Source: Eubacteriales bacterium (lineage in GTDB: Bacteria > Bacillota > Clostridia > Oscillospirales > CAG-272). Taken from it: a DNA stretch of 57,912 nt. Location: NCBI GenBank assembly GCA_045536065.1, contig JAZSMV010000008.1, forward strand, positions 1 to 57,912, written 5' to 3'. Under the pieces are notes generated by a model. The model saw only the letters and a program-made list of their open reading frames with translations, was not told the origin of the DNA and made no database searches. This document shows, one piece after another, positions 1 through 9,282 of the stretch. Position numbers and translations under genes: made by a program. Position 1 is the stretch's first letter. Each line of letters begins with the position of its first letter.

Positions 1-1788
1 CTCCTTGTCAACGACTCTGTAAGGTGCCTTAAGGAATCCGTAATCGCTAACCTTTGCATAAGATGCAAGGTAAGAGATAAGACCGATGTTAGGACCTTCG
101 GGAGTCCCTACGGGACAGATTCTACCGTAGTGAGTATAGTGAACGTCACGAACCTCGAAGGATGCTCTGTCTCTGGAGAGACCGCCGGGACCAAGCGCAG
201 AAAGACGGCGCTTGTGAGTAAGCTCGGCAAGAGGGTTGTTCTGGTCCATGAACTGGGAAAGAGGCGAAGAGCCGAAGAACTCACGGATAGCGGTTGCTAC
301 GGGACGGGTGTTGATAAGCGCCTCGGGACGAAGGTCGTCCGCATCGTGTGTAGCCATACGCTCCTTGATGTTCTTGTCCATTCTGGACATACCGATTCTC
401 AGCTGGTTCTGAAGAAGCTCACCTACGCAGCGAAGTCTTCTGTTGCCGAGATGGTCGATGTCATCGGTAGAGCCGATGCCATGAGTAAGACAAAGAAGAT
501 AGTTGATCGAAGCAAAAATATCTTCCTTGGTGATGTGCTTGGGACAAAGCTCTGCAAATCTGTCCTTAACAAGCTTCTTGATATATCTCTCCTTCGCCTC
601 GCCCTCGAAGCCCTCGGACTCAGCGTCAGCGATGATCTCATTAAGAATACCGTATCTTACCTTCTCGCCTGCCTTTACGCCACAGTCGGTAAGGTCATAA
701 CCGAGAACGAGCTCGGGACGAACGGTATTGTTGCCGAATACCTTAACCTCACGCTCGGTCTCGGTCTTTACGGTAACCTCGTTTACAAGGCTGTCCTCAA
801 TTGCGATAGCGAGCTCACGGGTGATCTCCTCGCCTGCCTCGGCAACGATCTCACCGGTAAGGGGGTTAACCACGGTTTGTGCAAGGGTCTTACCCTCGAT
901 TCTTCTTGCAAGAGCAACCTTACGGTTATACTTGTAGCGGCCAACAGGCGCAAGGTCGTATCTCTTGGGATCGAAGAACATATTGTTGATAAGTATCTCG
1001 GCGGACTCAACGTGGGGAGGCTCGCCGGGACGGAGCTTCTTGTAGATCTCCTTAAGTGCTTCCTCACGGTAGGAGGTGCCGTTCTCCTCTGCAAGAGCAG
1101 CGCACTCGTCCTTAAGCATGGTAGCCTTAAGAGCTTCCTCGTTACCGAACATAGCGATAATGGCATCGTCATTGTCCTCACCGGGAGCGCAAAGCGCACG
1201 GATAAGAACGCTGATGGGGAGCTTACGGTTCTTGTCTATCTTAACGTAGAACAGGCCCGCAGCGTCGCTCTCGTACTCAAGCCAAGCTCCTCTGTAAGGA
1301 ATTACGGTAGCGGTGAAATTATGCTTACCCTGCTTGTCAACCTCGTCTGCATAGTACATTCCGGGAGAACGTACAAGCTGAGAAACGATAACTCTCTCTG
1401 CGCCGTTGATAACGAAGGTACCGTTGTCGGTCATAAGCGGGAAGTCGCCAAGGAAGATCTGAGCAGTCTTAAGCTCGCCGGTTGCCTTGTTAACAAGACG
1501 AACGCCAACCTTCATGTGGGCGTCGTAGGTAACCGATCTGTCCTTGCACTCCTCAACGGGATACCTGGGAGTAGGATCAATTGTGTAGTCGGTAAACTCA
1601 ATGGACAGATTTCCGGTGTAATCCACTATCGGAGAAACGTCACGGAGAACCTCGTTAAGTCCCTCTCTGAGGAACCACTCATACGAGTCCTTCTGCACCT
1701 CGATAAGATTAGGCATTTCCGTAGCCGCTTCGATCTTGGAAAAGCTCATTCTTACATTGGTGCCAAGTTTACGGGGTTTAAGCATCAT
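1..1788 (-). CDS. rpoB: DNA-directed RNA polymerase beta subunit, N-terminal 596 codons (gene continues past the left edge)
   Basis: Minus-strand translation from ATG 1788 gives [40 protein letters not shown]. Near the left edge it reads [76 protein letters not shown], the universally conserved RpoB block, in frame with the ATG. The gene is absent from the ORF track because the frame has no stop inside the window. Confidence 0.93.
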   Translation of the reverse strand, partial: MMLKPRKLGTNVRMSFSKIEAATEMPNLIEVQKDSYEWFLREGLNEVLRDVSPIVDYTGNLSIEFTDYTIDPTPRYPVEECKDRSVTYDAHMKVGVRLVNKATGELKTAQIFLGDFPLMTDNGTFVINGAERVIVSQLVRSPGMYYADEVDKQGKHNFTATVIPYRGAWLEYESDAAGLFYVKIDKNRKLPISVLIRALCAPGEDNDDAIIAMFGNEEALKATMLKDECAALAEENGTSYREEALKEIYKKLRPGEPPHVESAEILINNMFFDPKRYDLAPVGRYKYNRKVALARRIEGKTLAQTVVNPLTGEIVAEAGEEITRELAIAIEDSLVNEVTVKTETEREVKVFGNNTVRPELVLGYDLTDCGVKAGEKVRYGILNEIIADAESEGFEGEAKERYIKKLVKDRFAELCPKHITKEDIFASINYLLCLTHGIGSTDDIDHLGNRRLRCVGELLQNQLRIGMSRMDKNIKERMATHDADDLRPEALINTRPVATAIREFFGSSPLSQFMDQNNPLAELTHKRRLSALGPGGLSRDRASFEVRDVHYTHYGRICPVGTPEGPNIGLISYLASYAKVSDYGFLKAPYRVVDKE

Positions 1789-1986
1789 AAAAAGAATCAC
1801 TCCATTCTTCAAAATTTTACAAATTCGGGTCGCTAAAAGCGATTTTTAACTGCCACATCACGTTTTTTCACGGTCTTTGGGCAAAATGCGCATTTTTTAT
1901 GAGGAAAATTAGTCATTTTGACAGGATAAGCCTGAAAAAAGGGCAGAAATCCCCCATAGAAAAATACAATTATTACGCATTTTAAT

Positions 1987-2014
1987 ATTATAACATAATT
2001 TTTTTATTTGTCAA
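1987..2014 (-). promoter_or_regulatory. Sigma-A type promoter upstream of rpoB
   Basis: On the minus strand: TTGACA (2014..2009), a 16-nt spacer, then TATAAT (1992..1987). This lies about 200 nt upstream of the rpoB ATG. Confidence 0.45.
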
Positions 2015-2101
2015 GACTTTTTATAAATTTTTCCAAAACTTTTTTTGTTTTAGGACGATCTGCCCAACTTTTCGGAGGGGTTTTTCGTTAAAATTTGGCT
2101 T

Positions 2102-2140
2102 AAAAAACAAAAAGGCAACCCGAGACTTTGTCGGGCTGCC
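2102..2140 (-). terminator. Intrinsic terminator after the DUF554 gene
   Basis: The minus strand reads GGCAGCCCGACAAAGTCTCGGGTTGCC followed by TTTTTGTTTTTT. Confidence 0.65.
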
Positions 2141-2221
2141 GCTTATAATATTAATGTAGTTATTTGATCAATTTTTTGCTCAAAAAATATCACTTCTGAT
2201 TATTTCTGCCCGATTTTTTCC

Positions 2222-2971
2222 TTAAGAAAAAGCCGACATCAAAAGCTCAATAACGGGCCAGATTATTGCAGGTAAAAAGATCGCCAGAGTCAGATTTGCG
2301 GTCTTTACCTTGGTCGCTCCAAGCATATTTGTTCCAATAAGAATAATGATCAGCGAGCCTGTTGCAGACATATAAGAAATGCTTTCCGTCGGTAAAATGT
2401 CAACCACAAGCAGGCCGATAAGAGTAAGAAGTCCCTGATAAGCAAGCACGAAAACAGAGGATGCGGCACAGCCGATACCAAGAGTGGACGCCATTACAAG
2501 ACACATGATACCGTCGATCACCGACTTTGTAATGAGAATATCCGGGTTACCGAGAGCATCCTGGAATGCTCCTGTAACAGTCATTGCGCCGACGCAGAAA
2601 AGCATACTGCAGGATACAAATCCTTCCGCAAACTTACCCTTTTCGCTTTTTTTGACAAATCTCTTTTCAAGGCTGTCACCAAGTCGGTTTACCCACTTGT
2701 CAATATCGATAAGCTCACCAAGGAGAGCGCCAAGTCCCATAGAGATAACCATCACGAGTATCTTGATCAGTCCGTTAGAAAAATGGGGATCGTCAGACAC
2801 CTGTGGAGCCACCTCCAGCATACCGCTGATTCCTATGTAAACAACGCATATTGCCATGGCTGATTTCAGTGCATTGCTGATTTTTTCCGGCACACCTTTT
2901 TTAATCAGTACACCCAGCAATCCGCAGACTAAAACCGCCAAAAAGTTAACTATAGTTCCCAAAAATGGCAT
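2222..2971 (-). CDS. DUF554 family integral membrane protein (YdfK/YqgA-like)
   Basis: ORF 2222..2983. The ATG at 2971 has GGAGG 6 nt upstream, and the track start at 2983 overlaps that SD. The protein is polytopic and hydrophobic (MPFLGTIVNFLAVLVCGLLG...) with DUF554-like length and pattern. Confidence 0.6.
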   Translation of the reverse strand: MPFLGTIVNFLAVLVCGLLGVLIKKGVPEKISNALKSAMAICVVYIGISGMLEVAPQVSDDPHFSNGLIKILVMVISMGLGALLGELIDIDKWVNRLGDSLEKRFVKKSEKGKFAEGFVSCSMLFCVGAMTVTGAFQDALGNPDILITKSVIDGIMCLVMASTLGIGCAASSVFVLAYQGLLTLIGLLVVDILPTESISYMSATGSLIIILIGTNMLGATKVKTANLTLAIFLPAIIWPVIELLMSAFS

Positions 2972-3011
2972 ATTTACCTCCAAATTTTGAGTAATATCCA
3001 GAATTTCAAAA

Positions 3012-4418
3012 TCAAATTTCTACCGTGTCACAAAGCTGTCCTGCCACAATATAATGGTCTATCAGCTTGATGTCGCAATTGCCAAACAAAGTAGCGAAAT
3101 GCTTGGTCACGGCCATATCGTCGATAGATGCCCTTGTCACTCCAAAGGGGTGATTATGTGCTATGGAAACCGACTTGGCACGAAGGCTGTGAGAGACATC
3201 AAGAGCCTTTCTCGGCAGGATCTCCGAAGAGCTGACAGTTCCCTCTCCAAGCAACTCGCAGCCAAGGAATCTTCCCCTTGCATCAAAGCCTATGAGATAG
3301 GTTTTCTCCACCGAATCTCCAAGGAAAAGCGCCTTGAGATAATCGGCAAGTTGGGCTCTGGAATATTCACCGCCTATCTTATACATATCGGTCTTTCTTC
3401 TTGAGGTTATATAGGCAAGGAGCTTCAGGAAAAAGGCGCATTTTTCATCGGTCAAAGCCGACAGCTCCTTTGCTCCTGCGGTAAGCACGTTTTCAATAGT
3501 GTGATATTTGGAAAGAAGATGCTCTGCTCTCTTTTCCGCATCTGCTTCGGAAACGTAGCTTAAAAGCTTGACAAAATACTTTCTGTCGTAATGGTTGTAG
3601 CCGTTATCGACACTGTCCACAGCAGCTTTATCCTCGGGTAAGGGAGCGGATAGGTTAACGGAGGAACCAGGATTTTTACTCTCAATAAACCTGTCAAGAG
3701 CAGGCATCTGCGAGAGCTTTACAGAAAAGTTGTTTAGCAAGCCTATACCCGAATATTCCTTACCGCATACTATGTAGTGCTGTGCGTGAACAATTCCCGA
3801 TATTTCAAGAGCATCTGAAATAGCTTTATTGGTTGCTCTGTCACCCTGGGTGGGATAGAAGGGACCGTGAGGATGATTGTGTGCGGTGATAATTACAGGA
3901 GCACAGTTTCTCACCGCTCCGTCAATAAAGGACTTCGCCTTAACTCCCCCGGACTCATAATCCAGGTCGTAAACCTTCTCAAAGGAGATAAGTCGCATGC
4001 TACTGTCAAGATAAATTGCAACGACTTGATTTTCGTCAATATCCTTGAAATAATTTGCCAGATACATTCCAACCGAATCATAGCTTGAAAGGTCGGGGCC
4101 TGCATCAGTAAGGATCTCTGCACCGATAATATCCGAAAGGCGACCTACGGCTACAAGGAATTCGGAAGTGCGAGAGCCTATGCCGTTCTGAGTAACAAGC
4201 TGATCTGCGGTGGCGCTCATAACACTCTCAAGCGAGCCAAAGGCATAAAGAAGCCTTTTCGCTATAGGGTTGGTGTCCTTATATGGAATAACCTGATACA
4301 GCAGCATTTCAAGCAGCTCGTAGGTGTCGAAAATGCGCTGTCCGTGTGACAAAAGCTTTGCACGCATCCTGCCACGGTGACCCTCATGGATACGGCTGTC
4401 ATCTATGTACTTTTCCAT
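3012..4418 (-). CDS. radC: Tandem RadC-RadC fusion protein (two complete RadC/JAB modules)
   Basis: The N-terminal half has HEGHRGRMRAKL, a helix-hairpin-helix-like segment and a JAB motif AHNHPHG. The C-terminal half repeats the layout (ENVLTAGAKELSAL ... IAHNHPFG ... DHYIV). At 468 aa it is about twice the ~225 aa of a normal RadC. Confidence 0.8.
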   Translation of the reverse strand: MEKYIDDSRIHEGHRGRMRAKLLSHGQRIFDTYELLEMLLYQVIPYKDTNPIAKRLLYAFGSLESVMSATADQLVTQNGIGSRTSEFLVAVGRLSDIIGAEILTDAGPDLSSYDSVGMYLANYFKDIDENQVVAIYLDSSMRLISFEKVYDLDYESGGVKAKSFIDGAVRNCAPVIITAHNHPHGPFYPTQGDRATNKAISDALEISGIVHAQHYIVCGKEYSGIGLLNNFSVKLSQMPALDRFIESKNPGSSVNLSAPLPEDKAAVDSVDNGYNHYDRKYFVKLLSYVSEADAEKRAEHLLSKYHTIENVLTAGAKELSALTDEKCAFFLKLLAYITSRRKTDMYKIGGEYSRAQLADYLKALFLGDSVEKTYLIGFDARGRFLGCELLGEGTVSSSEILPRKALDVSHSLRAKSVSIAHNHPFGVTRASIDDMAVTKHFATLFGNCDIKLIDHYIVAGQLCDTVEI

Positions 4419-4462
4419 AAAGATCTCCTTTCAGTCTGCATTATTCAAGGCTTAGGTTAATA

Positions 4463-5170
4463 TCAGCCTCTGTACTGTCCTTTGGTAAGAAATTCGGGTG
4501 CGATCTCGGGATTAAATCCCTCGGGCTTTTTAATTTCAAGCATATTTATCTTCATACCCTGCTCCGAGAAGCTTGTCTCATACTCGGTCATAATATTCCC
4601 CTCGTTCCACTCCGAATTATGAAGATCACGGGTGAGAGCGGTGGGGGTAAGACCCACAGCCTCGATCTCCTCAAGGGAGAAATCAAAAAGTCCTACGTTG
4701 TCGGTCTTGAAGCGGAGAACTCCGCCGTCACGAAGAAGATTCATATACATCGCAAGATATCTGCGATGGGTAAGGCGGCGCTTTGCATAGCCCTTCTTCG
4801 ACCATGGGTCGGAAAAGTTAAGGAATATTGCGTCTACGCTGCCGGGCGCAAAAATGTGCATAAGATTATCTGCAGTTTCGATAAGGAAGCGAAGATTTTT
4901 AAGTTCACCGAACTCGCCCGACTTTGCCTTCTCAACGCAAAGCACAACGCAGTCGGTAACTCTCTCCATCGCAAAATATGCGGTGTCTCTATGACGTTCT
5001 GCCATAGCGCAGGCAAATCCGCCCTTGCCGGCCCCGATCTCAAGGTAAACCTTTCCGCCCGCCATACCAATAGCAGAAGCAGGATCGTTCATCACCTCAT
5101 TCGCTTCAAAAAGATACTCTCCGCAGGCCGCAAGGCGCTCCTCGGAGTGCTTTTTCTTTCTCATTCTCAT
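4463..5170 (-). CDS. trmB: tRNA (guanine46-N7)-methyltransferase
   Basis: Contains LEIGAGKGGF (SAM motif), FLNFSDPWSKKGYAKRRL and FKTDN, which are characteristic TrmB blocks. Confidence 0.85.
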   Translation of the reverse strand: MRMRKKKHSEERLAACGEYLFEANEVMNDPASAIGMAGGKVYLEIGAGKGGFACAMAERHRDTAYFAMERVTDCVVLCVEKAKSGEFGELKNLRFLIETADNLMHIFAPGSVDAIFLNFSDPWSKKGYAKRRLTHRRYLAMYMNLLRDGGVLRFKTDNVGLFDFSLEEIEAVGLTPTALTRDLHNSEWNEGNIMTEYETSFSEQGMKINMLEIKKPEGFNPEIAPEFLTKGQYRG

Positions 5171-5247
5171 ATCTGATCAACTCACTTTTTATGTCAAAAT
5201 GTGTGATATTTGCAAAGTTTGCTTTGCATTTATGCTATTTTATACTA

Positions 5248-6846
5248 TTAATCGTCGTTTTTGCTGAACTCAGCAAGACGAAGCTCGGGGTTGTCCTCAA
5301 GCACCCAACGAATTGCCCACTCGCTGGTGAAGATAAGCAGATTCTTACCTCTGAAGTCCTGCACCCACTTGGTGTCGTGGGAGAGTCTTAAGGTCTTGGG
5401 ATCAAGATTCTCGTTCTCGATCCATCTGATCTGGCTGTAACCCATATTGGTACGGCGAAGATCACAGCCGTACTCATTCTTAAGTCTGTATTCAAGCACC
5501 TCGAACTGAAGCACGCCTACAACGCCGACGATTACTCTCTCAAGACCTGAATTAGGCTCGAAGAATATCTGTATAGCACCCTCTTGGGCGATCTGGTTCA
5601 TGCCCTTGGCGAACTGCTTACGCTTCATGGAGTCAACCTGCTCTACCATAGCAAAATGCTCGGGAGCGAAGGTAGGAATACCCTCAAATTTAACCTTCTT
5701 ACCCTTCTCGCAAACGGTATCACCTATGGAGAAGATACCGGGATCGAATACGCCGATAATATCGCCGGCATAGGCCTCATCGATGACCTCACGCTCGGAT
5801 GCCATCATCTGCTGAGGCTGGGAAAGGCGGAATGCCTTATTGCCCTGTACGTGGAAGTAGTCCTTGCCACGCTCGAACTTACCCGAGCAGATACGCATAA
5901 ATGCGATACGGTCACGGTGTGCCTTATTCATATTCGCCTGGGTCTTGAATACGAACGCCGAGAAGTCGGGATCGAAGGGATCTATGATCTCACCCTCTGC
6001 CACTCTGGGGAGAGGAGAGGTGGTCATCTTAAGGAAATGCTCAAGGAAGGGCTCAATGCCGAAGTTGTTAAGCGCAGAGCCGAAGAATACGGGCGAGAGC
6101 TTTCCGTGTCGGACAGCATCAAGGTCAAAATCGCCGCCCGCACCCTCAAGAAGCTCTATCTGCTCGCAGAATTCAATGCGCTGATTCTCGCCTACAAGCT
6201 CGTCAAGGAGCGCAGTGTCGGTAATATCAAGGTCGATACCACGAATTCTGTCACGTCCTCTGTGAGAATCGCCAAAGGAGAGAAGCGTGCGCTTATCTCT
6301 GTCATAAACGCCCTTAAACTTCTGTCCGCAGCCGATAGGCCAGTTCATAGGATAGGTTCCGATGCCGAACTCTCTCTCAAGCTCGTCGAGAAGATCAAAG
6401 GGATCTCTCGCCTCACGGTCCATCTTGTTGATGAAGGTGAAGATGGGGATATCACGCATAGCGCATACCTTAAAGAGCTTTCTGGTCTGAGGCTCAATAC
6501 CCTTTGCGGCGTCGATAACCATTACCGCAGAGTCTGCCGCCATAAGAGTACGGTAGGTGTCCTCGGAGAAGTCCTGGTGTCCGGGAGTATCAAGAATATT
6601 GATGCAGTAGCCGTCATATTCAAACTGAAGCACCGAGGAGGTGATGGAAATACCTCTCTGCTTCTCGATCTCCATCCAGTCGGAGCCAGCATGCTTATCA
6701 TTCTGCTTACCCTTTACCGAACCGGCAGACTGGATAGCACCGCCGTAAAGCAGAAACTTCTCGGTCAGAGTAGTCTTACCTGCGTCGGGGTGAGAAATTA
6801 TCGCAAAGGTGCGTCGTCTTTTAATTTCATTTACAAAATCAGCCAT
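5248..6846 (-). CDS. prfC: Peptide chain release factor 3 (GTPase)
   Basis: Contains RRTFAIISHPDAGKTTLTEK (G1), DTPGHQDF (G3) and NKMD (G4), with RF3-typical length. I took the start at MADFVNEI (ATG 6846) rather than the track start at 6888. Confidence 0.9.
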   Translation of the reverse strand: MADFVNEIKRRRTFAIISHPDAGKTTLTEKFLLYGGAIQSAGSVKGKQNDKHAGSDWMEIEKQRGISITSSVLQFEYDGYCINILDTPGHQDFSEDTYRTLMAADSAVMVIDAAKGIEPQTRKLFKVCAMRDIPIFTFINKMDREARDPFDLLDELEREFGIGTYPMNWPIGCGQKFKGVYDRDKRTLLSFGDSHRGRDRIRGIDLDITDTALLDELVGENQRIEFCEQIELLEGAGGDFDLDAVRHGKLSPVFFGSALNNFGIEPFLEHFLKMTTSPLPRVAEGEIIDPFDPDFSAFVFKTQANMNKAHRDRIAFMRICSGKFERGKDYFHVQGNKAFRLSQPQQMMASEREVIDEAYAGDIIGVFDPGIFSIGDTVCEKGKKVKFEGIPTFAPEHFAMVEQVDSMKRKQFAKGMNQIAQEGAIQIFFEPNSGLERVIVGVVGVLQFEVLEYRLKNEYGCDLRRTNMGYSQIRWIENENLDPKTLRLSHDTKWVQDFRGKNLLIFTSEWAIRWVLEDNPELRLAEFSKNDD

Positions 6847-6923
6847 TTTATTCCTTTCATAGCGCATTTTGAGTATATTTTTCCTCAAAAACGCATATTT
6901 CCCATTTTAATTTTAACTAAAAT

Positions 6924-6952
6924 ATAATAACATATTAATATATTTTTGTCAA
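6924..6952 (-). promoter_or_regulatory. Promoter for prfC
   Basis: On the minus strand: TTGACA (6952..6947), a 17-nt spacer, then TATTAT (6929..6924). Confidence 0.45.
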
Positions 6953-7031
6953 GAGTCAAGTGTCCCAAAAGCTGTTGCAAGAAAATTGTTTCCGTCACTT
7001 GGCACAAGGAAAATTGTTTACAAAGCGAATA

Positions 7032-7060
7032 TTGACAACCGGTGTAAAATTTTATATAAT
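7032..7060 (+). promoter_or_regulatory. Promoter for the HAD hydrolase/lipoprotein pair
   Basis: TTGACA (7032..7037), a 17-nt spacer, then TATAAT (7055..7060). It is divergent from the prfC promoter. Confidence 0.55.
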
Positions 7061-7102
7061 GTTTTTATAAGATTAAAGTGCAAAGACGATTTGGAGCATA
7101 AA

Positions 7103-7819
7103 ATGAAAACTAAGGCTATATTTTTTGATCTTGACGGCACGCTGCTGCCTATGGATCAGGATATATTTGTAAACGCATATCTTAGCGGTCTTATTAAGGA
7201 GCTTGCGCCTAAGGGTTACGAGCCAGAGGCTATCGGCAAGGCTCTGTGGACCAGCACGAGAGCTATGATGAAGAACGACGGTAAGATAAGCAACGAGGAA
7301 ATGTTCTGGAACAGCTTCTGTTCCATTCTCGGTGAGGAATTAAGAGACCAAGAGGCAGATCTTAACAGATTCTACGAGACCGATTTCCAGAAGATCAAGA
7401 ACGTGTGCGGATATACTCCCCTCTCAAAGCAGCTTATCGACAGGCTTAACGCCACAGATCTGAGAGTAATTCTTGCCACAAGCCCGCTCTTCCCCAAGGT
7501 TGCGACAGACAGCAGGATACGTTGGGCAGGCCTTGAGCCCTCCGACTTTGAATATGTAACCACCTATGAAAACAGTAGGTTCTGTAAACCAAATCCCCTC
7601 TACTACACCGAGCTTTGCGAAAAGCTGGGCCTGGATCCCCGAGAGGTCCTAATGATCGGTAATGACGTGGGGGATGATATGGTGGCTGAGAGCGTTGGCA
7701 TGAGAGTTTTCCTCCTTACCGACTGCCTTATCAACCGCAAGGACGAGGATATAAGCAAATACAGACACGGAAGCTTTGAGGAGCTTTATCAGTATATTGA
7801 GGAGATAATCAATGAGTAA
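7103..7819 (+). CDS. HAD-superfamily hydrolase
   Basis: Starts MKTKAIFFDLDGTLL (DxDGT motif I) and has GNDVGDD (motif IV). GGAG lies 6 nt before ATG 7103. The 39-codon upstream extension in the track covers the promoter. Confidence 0.75.
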   Translation: MKTKAIFFDLDGTLLPMDQDIFVNAYLSGLIKELAPKGYEPEAIGKALWTSTRAMMKNDGKISNEEMFWNSFCSILGEELRDQEADLNRFYETDFQKIKNVCGYTPLSKQLIDRLNATDLRVILATSPLFPKVATDSRIRWAGLEPSDFEYVTTYENSRFCKPNPLYYTELCEKLGLDPREVLMIGNDVGDDMVAESVGMRVFLLTDCLINRKDEDISKYRHGSFEELYQYIEEIINE

Positions 7820-8204
7820 GAAGATTTTAGCTATTGCGCTTGCGATGATGATGTTATTTTTAGTGGGCTGCGGCTCGGATAATTCGGGCGGAGAAAACGG
7901 AGGCGATATGAATAATTCGGGCGGAGAAAACGGAAGTACCACCAGAGGAGATGAATTTGTCCTCAAGGCTGTCGTAAAGGCGGTTACAAACGGCACGGTT
8001 GAGGCCGAGGTTATCGAAAGCGATTACGCATTCGGCATCTATTGGGTACGCACAGGCGAAAATACGCAGTTCAGCTATTATGACGGCAGTGCGGCGACCA
8101 TTGACGATATATCGGCAGGAGATACCGTAGAGATAAGCTACAACGGTCAGGTGATGATGAGCTATCCCCCACAGATCGTGGCGCTAAGAATAGTTATTCA
8201 GTAA
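7812..8204 (+). CDS. Small secreted lipoprotein, function unknown
   Basis: Signal peptide with lipobox (MMLFLVGC|G), followed by a Gly/Asn-rich linker. The start overlaps the HAD stop by 8 nt. Confidence 0.6.
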   Translation: MSKKILAIALAMMMLFLVGCGSDNSGGENGGDMNNSGGENGSTTRGDEFVLKAVVKAVTNGTVEAEVIESDYAFGIYWVRTGENTQFSYYDGSAATIDDISAGDTVEISYNGQVMMSYPPQIVALRIVIQ

Positions 8205-8208
8205 ATAC

Positions 8209-8246
8209 AAAAAGAGCAGGAGATATGCACCCCTGCTCTTTTTTTG
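8209..8246. terminator. Bidirectional intrinsic terminator between convergent genes
   Basis: AAAAAGAGCAGG-agatatgcacc-CCTGCTCTTTTTTT. An A-run and a T-run flank the stem. Confidence 0.7.
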
Positions 8247-8254
8247 CCCCATTT

Positions 8255-9130
8255 TTAAGGGTTTATGTTTGTTTTATTATATATTTCTTCGGCTATTTTA
8301 GCAATTTTCTTTGCCTCGGAGCTGTCTGCGGTGTTCAACCTCTTCTTCATAGGATTTCCCCATATATCAAACAGCCAGGGGCCGATCCACTGCCCTGCTC
8401 TGCAATCGGTGAACAGACCTGCAAGCACCGAAAGGCAGGCCTTGTCGGGCTTCATAAAGATAATCTTCATAGGAAGCTTTATGAGAGCGAAAAGGGCCGG
8501 GGGATAGTGATTTGTAATACCCGTAAAGCTGATGCCGGGGTGGGTTACCGATATGGACTCGCCGTCGAGGGCAAAGAGCGAATAGGTGAGATAGCGCTTT
8601 GCATTGCCGTAAACAAGGCTGGCTTTGGTTCTGGTGGAGAAATCTACGTCCCTTACATCAATCTTCGAATAATTATGAGCAATGCTGCTGACGGCTACTA
8701 TTCTGCCGCCATTCTCCTTTATACCGGGCAGAAGCTTTCTTGCAAGGTAGTAGGGAGAGATGAAGTTTATCTGAAAAACATTATCGTATCCAGTATCGCA
8801 GGTGTGTCTTGGAATGCTGTATGCTCCTGCGTTGAGGATAAGGTAATCTATATCGTATTCCAGAAGCTCGTCTGCGGCACGGCGTACAGATCCCATATCC
8901 GACATATCAGCCGTTACGAGAGAAATGCTTATATCATCAAAAATCGCCTCAAGCTCCTCAGCGAGAGCGGTCGACTTCTCTCTGTTGCGGTCAAGCAGCA
9001 CAAGATCGGCGCCGAGAGTTGCCAGGTGATAGCAAAGCTCTCTGCCAAGCCCACCGGTAGAACCGCTGATAACCACCGTTTTACCCTCAAGGGATGCGGT
9101 GTTATTTTCAATCCATCTTTCAATACTCAT
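8255..9130 (-). CDS. Short-chain dehydrogenase/reductase (SDR) family oxidoreductase
   Basis: Contains GKTVVISGSTGGLGRE (TGxxxGxG), NAG, and S...YxxxK (SSIAHN ... YGNAKRY). Start taken at MSIERW (9130). Confidence 0.75.
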   Translation of the reverse strand: MSIERWIENNTASLEGKTVVISGSTGGLGRELCYHLATLGADLVLLDRNREKSTALAEELEAIFDDISISLVTADMSDMGSVRRAADELLEYDIDYLILNAGAYSIPRHTCDTGYDNVFQINFISPYYLARKLLPGIKENGGRIVAVSSIAHNYSKIDVRDVDFSTRTKASLVYGNAKRYLTYSLFALDGESISVTHPGISFTGITNHYPPALFALIKLPMKIIFMKPDKACLSVLAGLFTDCRAGQWIGPWLFDIWGNPMKKRLNTADSSEAKKIAKIAEEIYNKTNINP

Positions 9131-9282
9131 ATTAAGATACCTCTTTTCTTTTTTACAGTATATCACAAAGCAAGGATTAAATCAAGATATAAAAAATATC
9201 TAAATTTTTATGAAACCGTTGAAATGGTCTGTACTTTTATGATAAAATATCTTATATAGGAATTACTTGAAGGAGCAAGATA

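Noticed and set aside
130-1836. 568-aa plus-strand ORF, the only long ORF listed for the first 1.8 kb
   Set aside because: It is the antisense shadow of rpoB. The minus strand encodes unmistakable RpoB sequence in frame from ATG 1788 to the window edge. The plus-strand product is low-complexity Leu/Val/Gly-rich with no motifs.
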